Shown here: positions 26,824 through 40,893 of the stretch, in pieces | Layout: each line of letters opens with the position of its first letter | How positions within the stretch are numbered: the first letter of the stretch is position 1 | Assembly: GCA_965153455.1 (NCBI GenBank) | Contig: OZ234493.1 | Location: 20,140,213-20,204,212 of the forward strand | Length of the DNA: 64,000 nucleotides | Direction: 5' to 3' | Source of the DNA: Sphagnum compactum | Taxonomy: Eukaryota | Notes under the pieces: model-generated | Told to the model about the DNA's origin: nothing | The model's input: the letters and a program-made list of their open reading frames with translations, nothing else | The model's database searches: none | Made by a program: the position numbers and the translations under genes

Positions 26824-27789
26824 AAGTTGGAAACTAAATTTACAACTTTTTACCACCACACATTGAAGTACCATAACACTTAAGATGAAAAAATCAAGTA
26901 AGAAAAAGTCTCTAAAAGAATTTAAAATTTCAAATAAAAATTTCAAATTCATAAAGTCCATTTTGATATCTAGATTGATTTTTCAAGGCCCATATTTTTA
27001 GAGGTTTTTAAAAAGGTTTAAATTATGGTGGTATGAACTTGGAAATGGAAAAAAAATGTGAACTTCAACACCATTTAAATGTTTTTTTTGAAAATCACTA
27101 GATTTAGACTCTAAAAGTGGACTTTGAGCTACCAATTTTGGTTCAGTGTAGTGTGCTTTTACCCTGCTCCTAAAACCATTATCACTGATTTTTTTCCCTC
27201 TTTACATTCAACAACGCTACCATTAAACAATGGTGAGGATGGAGGTTTCCTCACATCTTTGTTACCTACATTTTAGTGAGAACAACTAAACCTTTCCATT
27301 TTCTATCACTTCAAAGTTTAGGTCCATGGCTATTAGGATTGTTAACTTTACTTGTATTACATTGTTAAAACGAAATTTGAATAATAGTTTATTGCTATGA
27401 GAAAACCCGTGAGTGACAAAAACTTTCCTACCATGTACCAAATGCATGAACGTTATGTGTATTAAAGTTGTGGTTTAAGGTATTTTAAATTTAAGCACTC
27501 AAATAATGTTAGAAAGGGTGTATCAAGTACTAGAAGCTTTCAAGGTTTCTTTTGTGTTATTGTTCAAAATAAATAAAAAAAAGGTGTAGTGAAGGAGGGT
27601 CATTTCCAAGTTGACCTTGAGTATTGTGAACTTGTCATTTACTTTTGTTGCATATAATTTGACATTTGAGAGCAATTTGTAGAATGCCTATGAAGGTTGT
27701 GAAATCAAAACCACTAACTCCAGTTGATGGAAACATTCAAAAAATTGACTCTATTTCAAAGCAACAGAGGCAAAAACTTGAATGGGTGA

Positions 27790-28960
27790 ATCAAAGCTGT
27801 TTAGGTTGTGCAGGTTGAACCTTAACTAATTTTTCTAACAAATTAAATTGAATGCAATAGGTATAAATCCTCAAAAAGATATTACTTTTAAGGTCATCTT
27901 TCAAAATGATTCGGTTTTTTTGTTTAGTGCAAGGAATCATAATGGTTAGAAGGCAAGATTTGAAAGAACAATTCTTGGCATGCAAATGTGCATCCCTACT
28001 AAAGTTATATGAAGATATCTATGCACACCCAACACCCAATGGTTAATTCCTGGCCATTTTTTTCAAAAATTGGCTAACAAAACGAAAGGGCAAGGTTGTC
28101 AATTGCGCATGTTACGCATTTAGCACCACAAAAAACAAATGAGAAGAACCAAGAAGCTTGTGCCACCACCAACACCTATACTTCAAAAGCAAGCACTAGC
28201 ACTACTTCTTCCAAGTACAACAGTCAAACTTCTCAAGATCATTTCAGCAAACTTAAAGACAACAATTGTTATGTGGTGGAGGAACTTAAACATATGAAAG
28301 TTTACCTTCCAAAACAACTTTGCACATTGTTAAAGAATTATTAAAGGATGCTAAGGCCAAGGAAAAAACATTTGGTCCATCCAAGGCAAACATGCAAAAG
28401 GAGAAGTGCAAACTTGAGGTCCATGTACATTCACTCACATTGAACTTGTTGGACTAAAAAAAAAAAAATGAGTTGAAAAAATTGAATATTTTGGAGTAGA
28501 TGATTCATGATTTGCAGCAAGAGGTGGTTACTTCTGGTGCATTAGATTTATCCATCAATACTAGGTCTCAATCTCAAGTAACATATAAACTTTAAAAGGC
28601 AGAGTAAAGCTGTGATCTTTTGAAATATTTGGTCAACTATTCTTCATTTAAGGTTGAAGAGGGTGAAAAAAAGTACGAGGCAACATTTCAAAAGTTAGCA
28701 AATCTTTCTTCAAATCTCGAAGTTTGTAACCACCAAATAGGTCACAAAAAGAAATGGATTCAAGGTCTTCAACATCAAATCCACTTAATGTCCAATGGGT
28801 CAAAAATCACCATTGACCCCCTTACCTATAAAAAGCCCTAACAACATGCCACTAAGGAAATCAAATGTGATCGTGGTGATGGCTTGTCCTATATGTGGTT
28901 TTTATTTTGAGGATAACAGCATTATAATTGCATCTTATGGGTGTACATATCATGTTTTTT
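27790..28960 (+). pseudogene. Decayed ORF of unknown, probably TE-associated, family with a coiled-coil region and a C-terminal RING-like motif
   Basis: Fragments include KLYEDIYAHPTPNG*FLAIFFKNWLTKRKGKVVNCACYAFST, charged helical stretches at 28250-28790 and CPICGFYFEDNSIIIASYGCTYH. There are multiple stops and frameshifts. Confidence 0.35.
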
Positions 28961-30030
28961 TGCCTTATTCAATATTCATAAGATTTGTTTCAAACTTTTT
29001 CAAGTGTTTCCATAATGTATTAGAAACATTGTTGTATATGTTTACCAAACATTTTAAATATTGACTTGACTTAGCATTTTAAAAAGTAAAATTAAGTAGT
29101 TGTTACACTTGAAGTGGGTCCTAATAGCTTGAATGCACCTGTGAAGTATGTAATTACTTGTCAATCAAGTAGATTTCAATAGTAATCAAGGATTCAAGCA
29201 CATATGGGGTCCATATTTCAATAGAAGTAAAAAATGGTTAATATGCATGTACTTAATTAACAAGTGCATGTTGAAGTAGAAATTTAGCAAGTAAAGTAGA
29301 TGTCCAAGTGGACTTATGATGCAAGCAAGTAGGAGTGCATTTGGGTGATGCATGCTCTAGTAGACTAATAGATTGGCCAAGTATCTTATGTATGTAGCTA
29401 CTAAAGAAGTAGGGGTCCTAGTAGAATTTTTATTGTAGTTAAGTAAGGAAGCAATTTTGTAATGCATGTTTAGTGAAACTTATAGTGGACAAAGTATTTA
29501 GTATTGAACAAGTAGACATTCAAACCAAATTTTGAAAAAATAAAATATGCTACTAAAATCTATACCTACTTTTCTACTAGACCTTTTGAAGTAAACCAAT
29601 ATGTAAGTACTTGTTTTCTCAATCTTCTAATATGTTGTGTAATGAACATGTAAAACAATTAAAAGTCTTGGAATTTTCTAATAGGTTTCTAAGGTGAACA
29701 AGTAACAAGAAATGAAATATATTGCCACATTTGTAGTAGGCAAATGTAAAGTAGGTTGTAGACTTAGTTTAAGGGTCACATACTAACAAGGTTATTCATC
29801 TTAGTGTTCTTTCTATTGCATCACCACAAACCACACCAAAAGCAAACACGGAATCGCTAATTATTGTGTTCCAAAACCTCCAAATGTTTGTGATGACATT
29901 ATTACCTTGGACAACCCACAACCTTTATTGTGCCTAGCAAAATGAGCCAGATGTTGTACAAGTGATCAAAATCAGTGAAGACAAAGAGGTGCAACCTCTA
30001 CCTTCTCAAATGACAACTGTTTCAAGTGCA

Positions 30031-30325
30031 CTCCTGAGGCGAACAATAGTAAAAAAAACAAAAAAAACTACATGAGTAAAAATATAAGGTGCAATATATT
30101 GGTTCTTGGGTAAAAATATAAGTTACTTAGTTAATTGTAATATAGGGTATGCAATATGAAATAATGGATTATAACTAATATAAGGTGGTTTTAATATGTA
30201 TATATTAGATAATAATAGGGTGATAAAAAATAGGTTGGAGAATTGTCTAATGCCCCCCCCCCCCTAAAAATGGTCAATTAACGCATGTAGATCCCAAACT
30301 TTACATTAAGTGTCCCCTTCAAGAG
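30031..30325 (-). mobile_element. MITE with CTC...GAG termini and 4-bp TSD (TGCA)
   Basis: The TIRs are CTCCTGAGGCGAACA and, in reverse complement, CTCTTGAAGGGGACA. TGCA lies at 30027-30030 and 30326-30329. This is the second copy of the 25146 element, in opposite orientation. Confidence 0.8.
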
Positions 30326-33300
30326 TGCATGATTGAAATCCACTACCCCACTTGTAACGTCAAACACCATAATTTCACATGTTTCTCCATTCTCAAAACA
30401 TGTCATGTTGGACATTCAAAGTTCCAAACAACAATTGGAAAATTTTGATAATGTTGCAAATCAAACTTCAAAAGAAGACCTTCTTCTAGCTATTGGTGTT
30501 TTAGGCGTTCTTTCAATGCATGTGTCAAATGCTGTTATAGTGACCTTCCTAGTACAAAAATGGTCCTTCCCCCTATTTCCTATGTTTAGGACCTTCGAAA
30601 GTCCTTAATCGCTAAGAAAAGCCCTAGGGAAGTAATTTTAGAAAAAGTAGAAAAAATAGGTGCAAAAGGAAAACCTTTTGAAAGTTTGGGTGCAAGTGCA
30701 TGTGATGATGTGGAAAATAGAGACCCCCCTATAGATGCTAGTTCTTGTGTGGCAAGGGCAATGACAAGGGTCGAAAGAAGCATAGAGAGGGAGATGGCCT
30801 AAAAGCATTAACTTCCTATGCAACAAAGCAAAATAGAACTATTTCCACACAAACCTTTTACTGTAGCCAAACCTTCTCGTGCACAAAAACCAGGTTGTGT
30901 TGGACATCTATAGAGGGATGAACATGGTGCTAGTTCAACATTTTCAGGATCTTGAAATATTTGTTTTTTGGAGTATTGGAATTGGATGTTTGGATATTAT
31001 GCAATCCAAATTTTTATACTGCACAATGGATTGTATTTGTTTATTTGATGGTAATGAAATATGGCTAGCAATTTCTTTAACCTTTCATCTTCATGCATGT
31101 GTGAGAGTTCAAGATTTTAAAGTAGATTAGATCTAATGTTTCATTAATTTTCTCAAGGTAGTGGATTGTCAACACGATGAAGTAGTTACGTTATGATGCA
31201 CTAAAATTCAATTTGGTGAGTTCCATGGTGAAGTCTCTAGGTGTGTGATATTTAGACAAGGAATTATTGCTTTGGCATAATTGATCATAATGATGTATCA
31301 CTTAGTGTCTAGAATGAAAATTAGACCATGAAATGGTTGGACTTATCCTAAAAGTATTTATAGTTCTAGGTGATAGAGGTAGAGATAATTCATTTTTGTT
31401 ATGTGTGTTTTGCAAAAATGGGAAATGAATTATGAAAGGGGGGTTTGAAGTTTCAAGGTATTAAGATCAATTCAATACCTAGGTGGGAACTACACATAAT
31501 TGAGGATCTTTTGCAATAGTTAGCTCTAGTAATATATTGAAATTTTTCTAAAACCATGAAGTTGTGATTTAATGGTGGTTTTTCAAAGTAGTGGAAGTAC
31601 AATTTTTCATTACATTAACAACTATTTTGGCTCCTTTTACTGTGACTACACCCCGAATTGAAATATATGTATTTGAGTTGTATCCAATAAGACATGACTA
31701 ACTTAGGAAAACTAAAATTGTGACTTCCAAAAAAATCCATCCTAATGTGTTTTCACCTCAAACAAGGACCAAACAAATGTAAACATGTGCATATTGGCAT
31801 GTGCTTCTTGTAGCAAAGAAAACTCACCTAATTTATACCTAGATTTGTCAATTCCAAATTAGCTCTTTGGGACAAATTTTAGTCCACTACAAGCTATAAC
31901 AACTTGGTTATGACAAAAAGAAATTGAATCTTATACCTTCACCAAATGCATTGCATTACATTTTATTTGAAGACAATCTTGATACATTGAGGAAATATAA
32001 ACTGAGTGTTCAAACATTTACTTTGCTCCTTTAATATCATTTTTTTATAATGATCATGCAATATAAACAAATTTATACAAAATCCTTTTATGCCCTAACT
32101 TTTCTCTTAAATACAACCATACAATTGATGTCATTGACTATGAGTTCTAGATCAACCAATATGCGGAGAATAGTTATGGCCTTCATCACTTGCATAATGT
32201 TCATAGACCCAAATTCCATCTTTTCAACATTGATTAATGGCTACTCAGAAAGTTTGGCAAAACCTTAAAGCCGATCATTCTTGAATGCCTTTGCTATAGT
32301 TTAGGCACAAATTATAAATGTAGCAATTTTTTGTTTTCTCTCCCCACCTTCAAGCACTATTGCCTATGGCTTTCTATGGCATGACCTACCCAATCAACCT
32401 CCACTCCTTTGCTTTCAACTAATATCCCTTTTGCAAAACACAACAAAATAACCAAAGTTTTTCATTTTTGATGCATCAATGGTTACAAATATTCGATATG
32501 AGTTCTCCTTGCTTGGTTACTATCTTGGAAGTAATACTAAACATTATTTTTTCCCAAATGCCCTAGATAACATCCCATTCTATAAGCTTGACAATTTCCT
32601 CATTACTTTCATCAACATGGAAAGTGATTCCACTAACATTCAACTTTAGTATGTATCTTAACCACTATTTTGTCAATATTGTAGATATTTCCAATGGAGT
32701 GGCAATCTCGCTTGTCATCTTGCAACTATTTTTCTTCCAATAAGGCACCTAATGGGATGCTCTATTGTTCACAAGTTTCTTAGTGTCAATTTCGAGTTTT
32801 TTTTAGCTCTAGAGTTATTGTGTGTGTGCTTGATAGATCCTTAGTGAATTCAAGTGATGATGGTCTTGTCTCCCATTTACGTGCCACATGCCATGTAAAA
32901 ATTGTACTATTATTTTTTTGAGTACAACACCAAGGATGTGTTCCACATCTAAGAGCTCAATGTTAGTGTATTTTGCTTCTTATGCCCGTTCCCAAAAACA
33001 AGATTTTCCTAATGAATTACATATCCAACTTAAAATTGACATATTGTGTGTGTATTTAAAACCCAAATTACTAGCTACTTGTCCTTTCTAATTATACTAA
33101 TATATCCCATTTTGATAAGTTGAACCACTATTTTTCATGGCCCTTCCAAAAGTTTATACTTTTTTAAAAGCATATATACCTTGATTTTATTCATTAAGGT
33201 TTTAAATATTTCATTAATATTGGAGATATGTTAATTATTGGTTTCAATTTGAGCCATTCTCATTTAAATTTCACAAAAGTTCAATACTAAATACACAAAG

Positions 33301-34789
33301 TTCATTGATTGTTTTTGGTCCACCTTAAAGAATCGAAGCCCATTAATGTTGTTTTGAGTCCGTTAAATGAATTATATCATGTGTATAAACTACATTTTTT
33401 AATTAAAGGAATAAAAAATAACACATTAAATAATGCAATTGATGTAAATTTTCTTTTAGATTTATGTTTGGCCATGTTAATTTGATGGATTTGATTTTAC
33501 ATTATAAACCATATGAGAAATTTAAAGATAACATAATTTAACCTTTGGAATTGTAGGGACAAGAATATTGTTTTTTTGGCCATTTAGTTAATTGTTCATA
33601 TTCACTAAACTTAAAATTTGTAGCACAAAGGAGGTGTCACATGTGCATGAAATAATTATTCCATAATTATACATAGAAGTTTTTTAAAGCATCTTCTACA
33701 TGTTTTGGTTTGAACCAAAGTTCTAATGCAAAATGACATACACATGAAAAATCATCACCACCACATGAATTATCTTAGTTTGGATTATTAAAAAAAATCA
33801 TTTAAATTTGTCATGTGTAGATGTTATTTGTAAAAACTTTAGGCTTAAAAATATCTTGATGTCCTATTTCCTTTTTTTGGAACCCCAACTATGAATGAGC
33901 CCACCATGTAAAAAGTTATTTGATGATGATAACGATAGTCTAAATTGCCACATAGAAACTTAGGTCATCTAGATAGATTTTCATTTTGCTCATTTTTTAG
34001 TGGAGGGCTAACAATTTCATTGCCCATGAAATGTGCAAATAATCACAAAAAGATTTACAACCTTATGAAAATCATTCACCACATTCAACATCCATGTTCA
34101 TGAATTGAAGATTTGTTAATTAACATCAATGATTGTGATTTAATTGAGCACAAGGACATGAATTTGTGATTGCAAAAAATGGTGGGCATTGGAAAGTAAT
34201 ACCCATTTGAAGCGATGAATGTTGCATTGGCTTTAGCCCAAATTTTTGGTTAATTTGTGTGTTTACATAAGTGAAACAAATTGAATAAATTTTTGATATG
34301 TGAATTAATTTAACTTTTTATTTTAGTTTTTTTTAGGTTTTGAATTTCATTTTAGGTTTTAGGATGCATAATATTGTTAGTCTTGAAACTTGGTGTGAAA
34401 TTGTTTTTGCAATAAAATTTCACCAAGTTATATTTCATCTACCTTTTCATAGCTGTTACTTAATATTTTGGTGCAAGAGCCTACACCACATGCATTCAAA
34501 AATTAGAAAGTCATTTTAGCCCAAAGGAAAGAACCAATTTACTACTTTCAATGGCATTCATATGTGAAAAAAAATCAACTTCACCAAAAATGCTCTGTTT
34601 TTTTTATACAAAGAGCCACCCATAAATTTCAAAAAGTCTAGGAAAAACATTGGATTTAGCCTTCTTGATGATTATAAAGTATAACATTTCCAAGGGTATA
34701 GTGGATTTCTCCCTCGTATGACATTTCAAATAGTTATTTTTGCAATCGAAGATTTTAATTTTTAATAAATGTAGTTTGATTATTCACTA

Positions 34790-35455
34790 TAATACAATCA
34801 TCAACATATATGGTCAATATGGCCAATCCATTAATAAATTCTCTTTTGACACAAATATTTACATCCTTAAATTGTAATCTTATGAATCCTTGTTGTGTCA
34901 AGAAATTATCAAAGCATTGATGCCATGCACAAGCATACTATTTAAGTCCATACAATGATTCAGTAGGTTTACATACCAAAATTTACATGAGTTGGGCCTA
35001 ATAGACCTTTTGAGATGCCCATGTATAATTTTTCATCCAAATAGCCATTCAAAAGTATCATTTTAACTTCAAGTTGATGAAACATAATTTTGTGTGTTGC
35101 CATTAAAGCCAATAGATTTTAAATTGAGTTTAGTTGAACAATTAGAGAAAAAGCCCCCTTGTATTTGAATCAAACTTCAAGGCTCAAGCTACTAATTGAG
35201 CTTTACATTTTACAATTGAATTAAATCAATTTTAGTTTTAATTTTGAACACCTACTTTGAGATTCTAGATGTTGTATTTGGTGGGAGTGTTATCAACTTC
35301 CATGTTTTATTCTTTTTCAAACATTTAAGTTCATCATTTGTTGTTGTTTGCCATTCCTTAGCATTGACATGTCTTAAAGCATCTTGGATTGTGATGGGAG
35401 CTCCTATATTGATATGAAGAAAATTTATTTGATGTGGATCTGATGATGATGACAT
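34790..35455 (-). mobile_element. Ty1/copia reverse transcriptase fragment (decayed)
   Basis: PITIQDALRHVNAKEWQTTTNDELKCLKKNKTWKLITLPPN is followed by HQLEVK..LNGYLDEK and CKPTESLYGLK..AWHQCFDNFL, which are RVT_2 motifs. Confidence 0.85.
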
Positions 35456-36059
35456 TGATCTCTTGTAATTTTCTTATTTTTTCTTTTCCCTTGTATATAT
35501 TTTGTTTTCAATCAACCTTTTATAAGGTGGCTTTATAAAAAAATTAGGTCTTGAAATATTAAGTATAATACTTTGATTTTCAAATATGGAAGTGGCATCA
35601 TCATTTTGAGGTAATATATTATTGTGTTTTAATGGCAATTATGAAAATGTTTTTCCAATGTCACTATGAAAATATGAACCTTTTGATCTACAAACACAAA
35701 TTTGATTTAGTTGTAAATGTTGTGTGTTATTTGATGTTTGATAATTTTGTAGGGGTTTGTTTTATTGTTGATTTTGGAGGGACTATTCTTTTTGCACTCC
35801 AATTTTTCCTACCAACCTTATCCTTTTAAGCATGTACAAATAAGGTTATAAATATTCGAAATTGAACCCTTGACTTCCCTAATGATAAACCAAGTTTTCA
35901 ACCAATGGATCACACTATCAAAAGGTGTTCAACCTTTGTCAAATATTTTGTATCTCATGTTTACTTCGACATATCACTATAAAACTATGAAGTATGTAGG
36001 TAGGTAGGTTGTAGGAGCTAGGTGGGTGGGTGGGTAGGGACCAGTAGGTAGGTAATCAA

Positions 36060-38993
36060 AATCTGTGGCATCAAAGACTAACTCACATTAATGTAGAAAA
36101 TATAAACTAATGCATAACAACAATTATGTTAGAAATTTATATATTAAATATCATCCTAAAATTTCATTATGTCCAAATTATGTATATGATAAACAAACAA
36201 GAGGTAGATTTCCAAAATGGGGGGGTCAAAGAACTAACTTCATGTTAAACTTGGTGCATTCAGATGTTTATGGACCCATGCAAGTTGAATCACATCAAGG
36301 ATTCAAGTATTTCTTAACCTTTGTTGATAATAAATCAAGAAAAACACACACATATATATACACACACACAATGAAATATAAATATGAAATTTATTATTTT
36401 ATTATATACAAAGTTGAAGTTGAAAACTTTATATGAAGAAAAATTAAAATAATTCAAATTGAATTTGGTGGAAAATATTTTTCTAATCAATTTAAAATAT
36501 TTTGTAAAGAAAATGGAATTATTAAAAAAATGGCAACGACCTATATTCCATAGCAAAACAAAGTGGTTGAACAAAAAAATAGAACCTTGGTCGAAAGTGC
36601 ATGATGTGTGATAAATTTTGCTAATCTTCCAAAGTCTTTTTGGGTTGAAGATATGTCTACATCAAATTATATCCAAAATTGAGTTCCTACGAATGCCTTG
36701 GATGGGATGATGACCCTTCTTTGTTTTATTTAAAGATCTTTGGTTGTGATGCATATGTGCATATATCCAAAGATAAAAAAAAAGAAATTGGAATATATAA
36801 ATCAAAAAATGCATTTTAATAGGGTACAATGACATTGTTAAGGCTTATAGATTATATTATACAATTTTTTTTTAAAAACAATAATTAGTAAAGATGTAAT
36901 ATTTGATGAAAACCCTCCATTACATAACATAAGAGGAAAAAATGATCTATTAATAGCCAAATCAATTCAACAAACAATTTCAAATATTCACATAAAGTCA
37001 ACAAAGTTGAAAGAACCAATGAATCTATTGGGCATTAAATAAAAAATTACCAAGAACCTTTAGTACCACCAAACCATATGCCTCTCATAATTCCTCCAAT
37101 AAACATGTAGTATTTCCACAAAATCAAAATGAGGTTATTCTCCCAAAATTACCTTTTACAAAATTGTTCATCATACTGATTATGAAATGGATGTTTTGTC
37201 CCCAAATTCAAGAAGATGACCCATTGACATGGATGAAATTAGCCTTTTAGATTATGGTGATACAACATTGATGGTATTAGTTCAACAATCATCTTGAACA
37301 TGGAAACCATCTCAATGATTCTTGAATTCAATAGGTTACACAGAGGTACTGGCTATAATTGACATAAATTACATACTAGATCAAAATCTTAAAAGAGGCT
37401 TTGGACAAGGTGATGCTACTCAATGGCATGATGTTGTCCAAGATGAATATAAATCACTAATTAAAAATAAAACTTGGAGTTTAACACCATTACCTCCAAT
37501 AGACATGCTATTGGTTGTATGTGGGTTTTTCATATTAAATTTAAATTGAATTCTCAAATTGACAAAAACAAAGCTCGTTTAGTAGCAAGAGGCAACTCCC
37601 AAGTTCCAAGTATCAATTATACCAAAACTTTTTCACTAGTGGTAAAATTAAGTTCTATTAGAATTCTAATGGCCTTTGTGTCTAAAAAATGATTATGAGG
37701 TACATCAAATGGATGTAAAAACAACCTTTTAGAACAGCAAACTCAAAGAAGAGATATATATGAAACAATCTAAAAGGTCCATACAAACAAGGAAGGATAA
37801 TCTTGTTTGTAAACTAAATAAAAGTTTGTATGGACTTAAACAAAGTCCATGAGCTTAGTATGCTCACATAGATACCTATTTACTTCAAAATGGTTTTGAG
37901 GAAAATATGGCAAACACAAATGTTTATGTGAAAAAAATGGGGGCATTATTTGTTGCCATAGCCTTATATATACATCATTATATTATAATCACAAATGATT
38001 GTAAAAAATTATTCCACAAACAAATACGTTACTTAGTGCAGAATTTGAAATGTTAGATTTGGGGGAAATAGAACATTGTCTTGGTATACAAATTAAAAGG
38101 AATCGTCAACTACATATGATGGAACTAAATCAATCTAAATACATAAATGATGTATTAAAAATATATGGCATGAAAAATTGCAAACCAATTTCAACTCCAC
38201 TTGAAATTGGATTAAAATTAATTAAACACCGATCTCATAGTTCATATGAACAAACATGACAGATGGCTCAAATTCCTTATAAATCAGTAATAGGGAACTT
38301 GATGTATGCAATCGTTTGTACACAATTGGATATTGCATATTCTATGGAAGTTGTATCCAATATTTGGTTAACCCTAAAGTTACTCATAGGTTTGCAATAA
38401 AAAAGAATAATGCATTACCTTAAAGGATCTTCAATTCATGGGTTGATTTACAAAGGAAAATCACATCTCAATCCCTTACCCTAAACTAATATAATATGTC
38501 ATGGGTATTCTAACATAGATTGGGTTGGTGACATTGACATAGAAAATCCATCTCTAGATTTTTTTTTAAAAATTATCCTTCGGAGTTGTAAGCTAGACCA
38601 ATAAAAGAACTAACATCAATTGTTATTCCTTGCACCAAAGTGGAGTACATGGCCTATAACTTCATATAACAATAAAAACAATTTCGATACAACAACTATT
38701 GTTTGGCCTTCATGAAGAACAAATTGAGTCCACCATCATTTATGGAGATAATCAAAGTGTTATTTCTCTTGCTGAAAATCTAGAATTTCATTTCCGTTCC
38801 AAACACATTGAGTTGCAATTTCACTTATACGAACCAAAATGATTTTTGGAAAAATCCAACTGAAACATTTGTTCTTTTGAGAACATGGTTGTTGATATTT
38901 TCATTAAAAAATTACATAGAAAAAACATGATTATTGCACCATTAAAGCTATGTTGTGTCCCTAGAATCAAAACTTATCCCAATTTAGTGGGAG
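36060..38993 (+). mobile_element. Degenerate Ty1/copia LTR retrotransposon pol (GAG-pre-integrase, integrase, RT, RNase H), 5'-truncated
   Basis: Motifs in INT-RT-RH order: LWHQRLTH, LVHSDVYGPM..KYFLTFVD, EYKSLIKNKTWSLTPLP, KARLVARGNSQ, VHQMDVKTTF, LNKSLYGLKQSP, MLDLGEIEHCLGIQI, IYGDNQSVISLAENLEFHFRSKHIELQFH. A PPT-like TTAGTGGGAG sits at ~38984-38993. There are many stops and frameshifts. Confidence 0.95.
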
Positions 38994-39502
38994 TCTTACA
39001 TAATAAGTTCGTATAAGATTTGAAAGGACACTTAGTTAAGAAACTTAGTTAGGAAGCAACACAACTATTCCCAAGAACTATGGCTTTTCAACTATTAAAA
39101 ATGCATAGTGGGTGAAACTCCGGAAAATATTTTGAGTTTCTATGGTTAGGAGAATCCGTTTTAATACATCTTTGTTTTTTACTAGTATGTCAATTTTTAA
39201 TAGGGAAGACATATTTGAGAGAATTCAAACATATTCAAATGATTTCACCTTTGTTCAAATAACTTGTTCTTGTGATGAATGTTTTGGTGGGAGTACAAAA
39301 TGCACAAGATCAAGAGGAATCTACAAGGGGTCTTCCTTTGGGATGCTAGTAAATGTGTTTATTTGCAATATCCAAAGATCATATTGTCTTAGGGTTGTTT
39401 TGTTGTTAGGATTTATTGCTTTTGATGATCTTTGTGCATTGTAAGATTGTTAGGACATTTGCTCATTTATAATGAGTTCCATGCCTTTTAATGCGACAAA
39501 TC

Positions 39503-39683
39503 AACATTGCCTTTGCTTGCATTGGTGTAGTTCTTTTCAAACTAGCACAAATCACCCCCATAGCCAAACGTTGCCTTTGCTTCTATTGTTTTTTCTTTTT
39601 TTAAATGGCCCAAATCACTCCATCACCAAACATTGCATTTGCTGTTGTTGATGTAATTATTTTTAACTTGCCCAAATCATACC
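39503..39683. repeat. Imperfect tandem repeat, ~62-64 bp period, 3 copies
   Basis: AAC(A/G)TTGC(C/A)TTTGCT...CAAATCA units start at 39503, 39567 and 39629. Confidence 0.7.
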
Positions 39684-40893
39684 TTTGTAACCATACGCCC
39701 CAAGTACCAGCCCACTATGTTCCACCCTATTTATTTGCAGTTGTATGCATTAGAACGTGAGAACTCCCATGTCCAATTACCAAAAATAACCACACATAAG
39801 AATGGTCCCAAAAAGAACAAAAACAAAAACTGACCTCCATCACACCTATCAACAAGGCATCACAAACACGCTGACCCTGCCAATAGATAAGATGCTCTAC
39901 ATCTACCTACTGTGTCCACACTCTGAACACCAAAAAAATCCGTTCCAATCTAAACAGTCTAAACACTTTCACGTGAAACTGGGTTTAATAAGGTAAAACT
40001 TCCAAAAGTTGGATCCAATGCGAGAGTCCCTGTCCCTGTGGGGGCAGGGCCCAACAAACACAAAAGTCACTTTCTTGTGAAATGTGGAGAAAAAACTGAA
40101 CACAATAGTTCAAGATTGGGTGTTTGATCATAGGCATTTTTAAAGTGGAAAGGGCATTGCATCCATTGACTGCTTTGCACTATAACAGCATTCAATTGTA
40201 GGTTTGTGTTTGGTGATGAGCATGCTTACCTTAGTACCATATTCTGTAGTACAATGAGGAATTACACACAAAGATCAAAGATCAGATGGTAATGTTGCTC
40301 AATTAACTTATATCATCAATCTTGTTCATTGCTATTCTCTTCTTCTTGTACCTTATTCCTGAAACCCACTTGAGGATACTAGCAGTCCCTCACAAGTTTG
40401 TAAAGTACTAGCACATAATTTTTACTGTATTTGGGGGCCACCTTATATCTGTGAATCACTCCTAAAAAGAGGAGGGATCTTACACCTCCAATTTAGGAAT
40501 AGTCATAAATAGTAGGAGTAAAATCCCTCTCCAAACTCCCACATTGTGATCTACTTATGCTTAGGCTTATGATAAGGTTGGCCTCATGGTTTCAGCTGGG
40601 TAAGGCCCATGGGCTGGGAACACTTCTTAAAATGTGGGACCAGACTCAGCTACCGCCTTTTCCTAGGTCCCTTAATTTGCGAATGCCCCCCACCCTTTAC
40701 CCCACACTTAAAACAATCCTTCAATGATACTCCCCACAAACGGTCCATAGTCCATACACATGTAGTAAACATGTTCATGAGATTGCAGATAAATCTCTAC
40801 GTCAACAATTTTGAAGGTAACATGACACCAAGTGCATTCATAACCTTATGAGAGTTGGTGATAACGTGTCAAACTAGTAAGCTTCATTTCATT

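Larger units (their letters stand above)
23735..27164. mobile_element. Pair of long (~170-200 bp) diverged inverted repeats, possibly the ends of a Mutator-like or foldback element
   Basis: 23735-23935 (GGGATCAAAGCACACTACAATGGACCAAAA...AAATGATGTTGAAG...ATACCACCATA) aligns with the reverse complement of 27000-27164 (GGGTAAAAGCACACTACACTGAACCAAAA...AAATGGTGTTGAAG...ATACCACCATA). No TSD was found. Confidence 0.55.

Noticed and set aside
35858-35920. tRNA gene
   Set aside because: Only a degenerate B-box-like motif is present and no cloverleaf can be formed.
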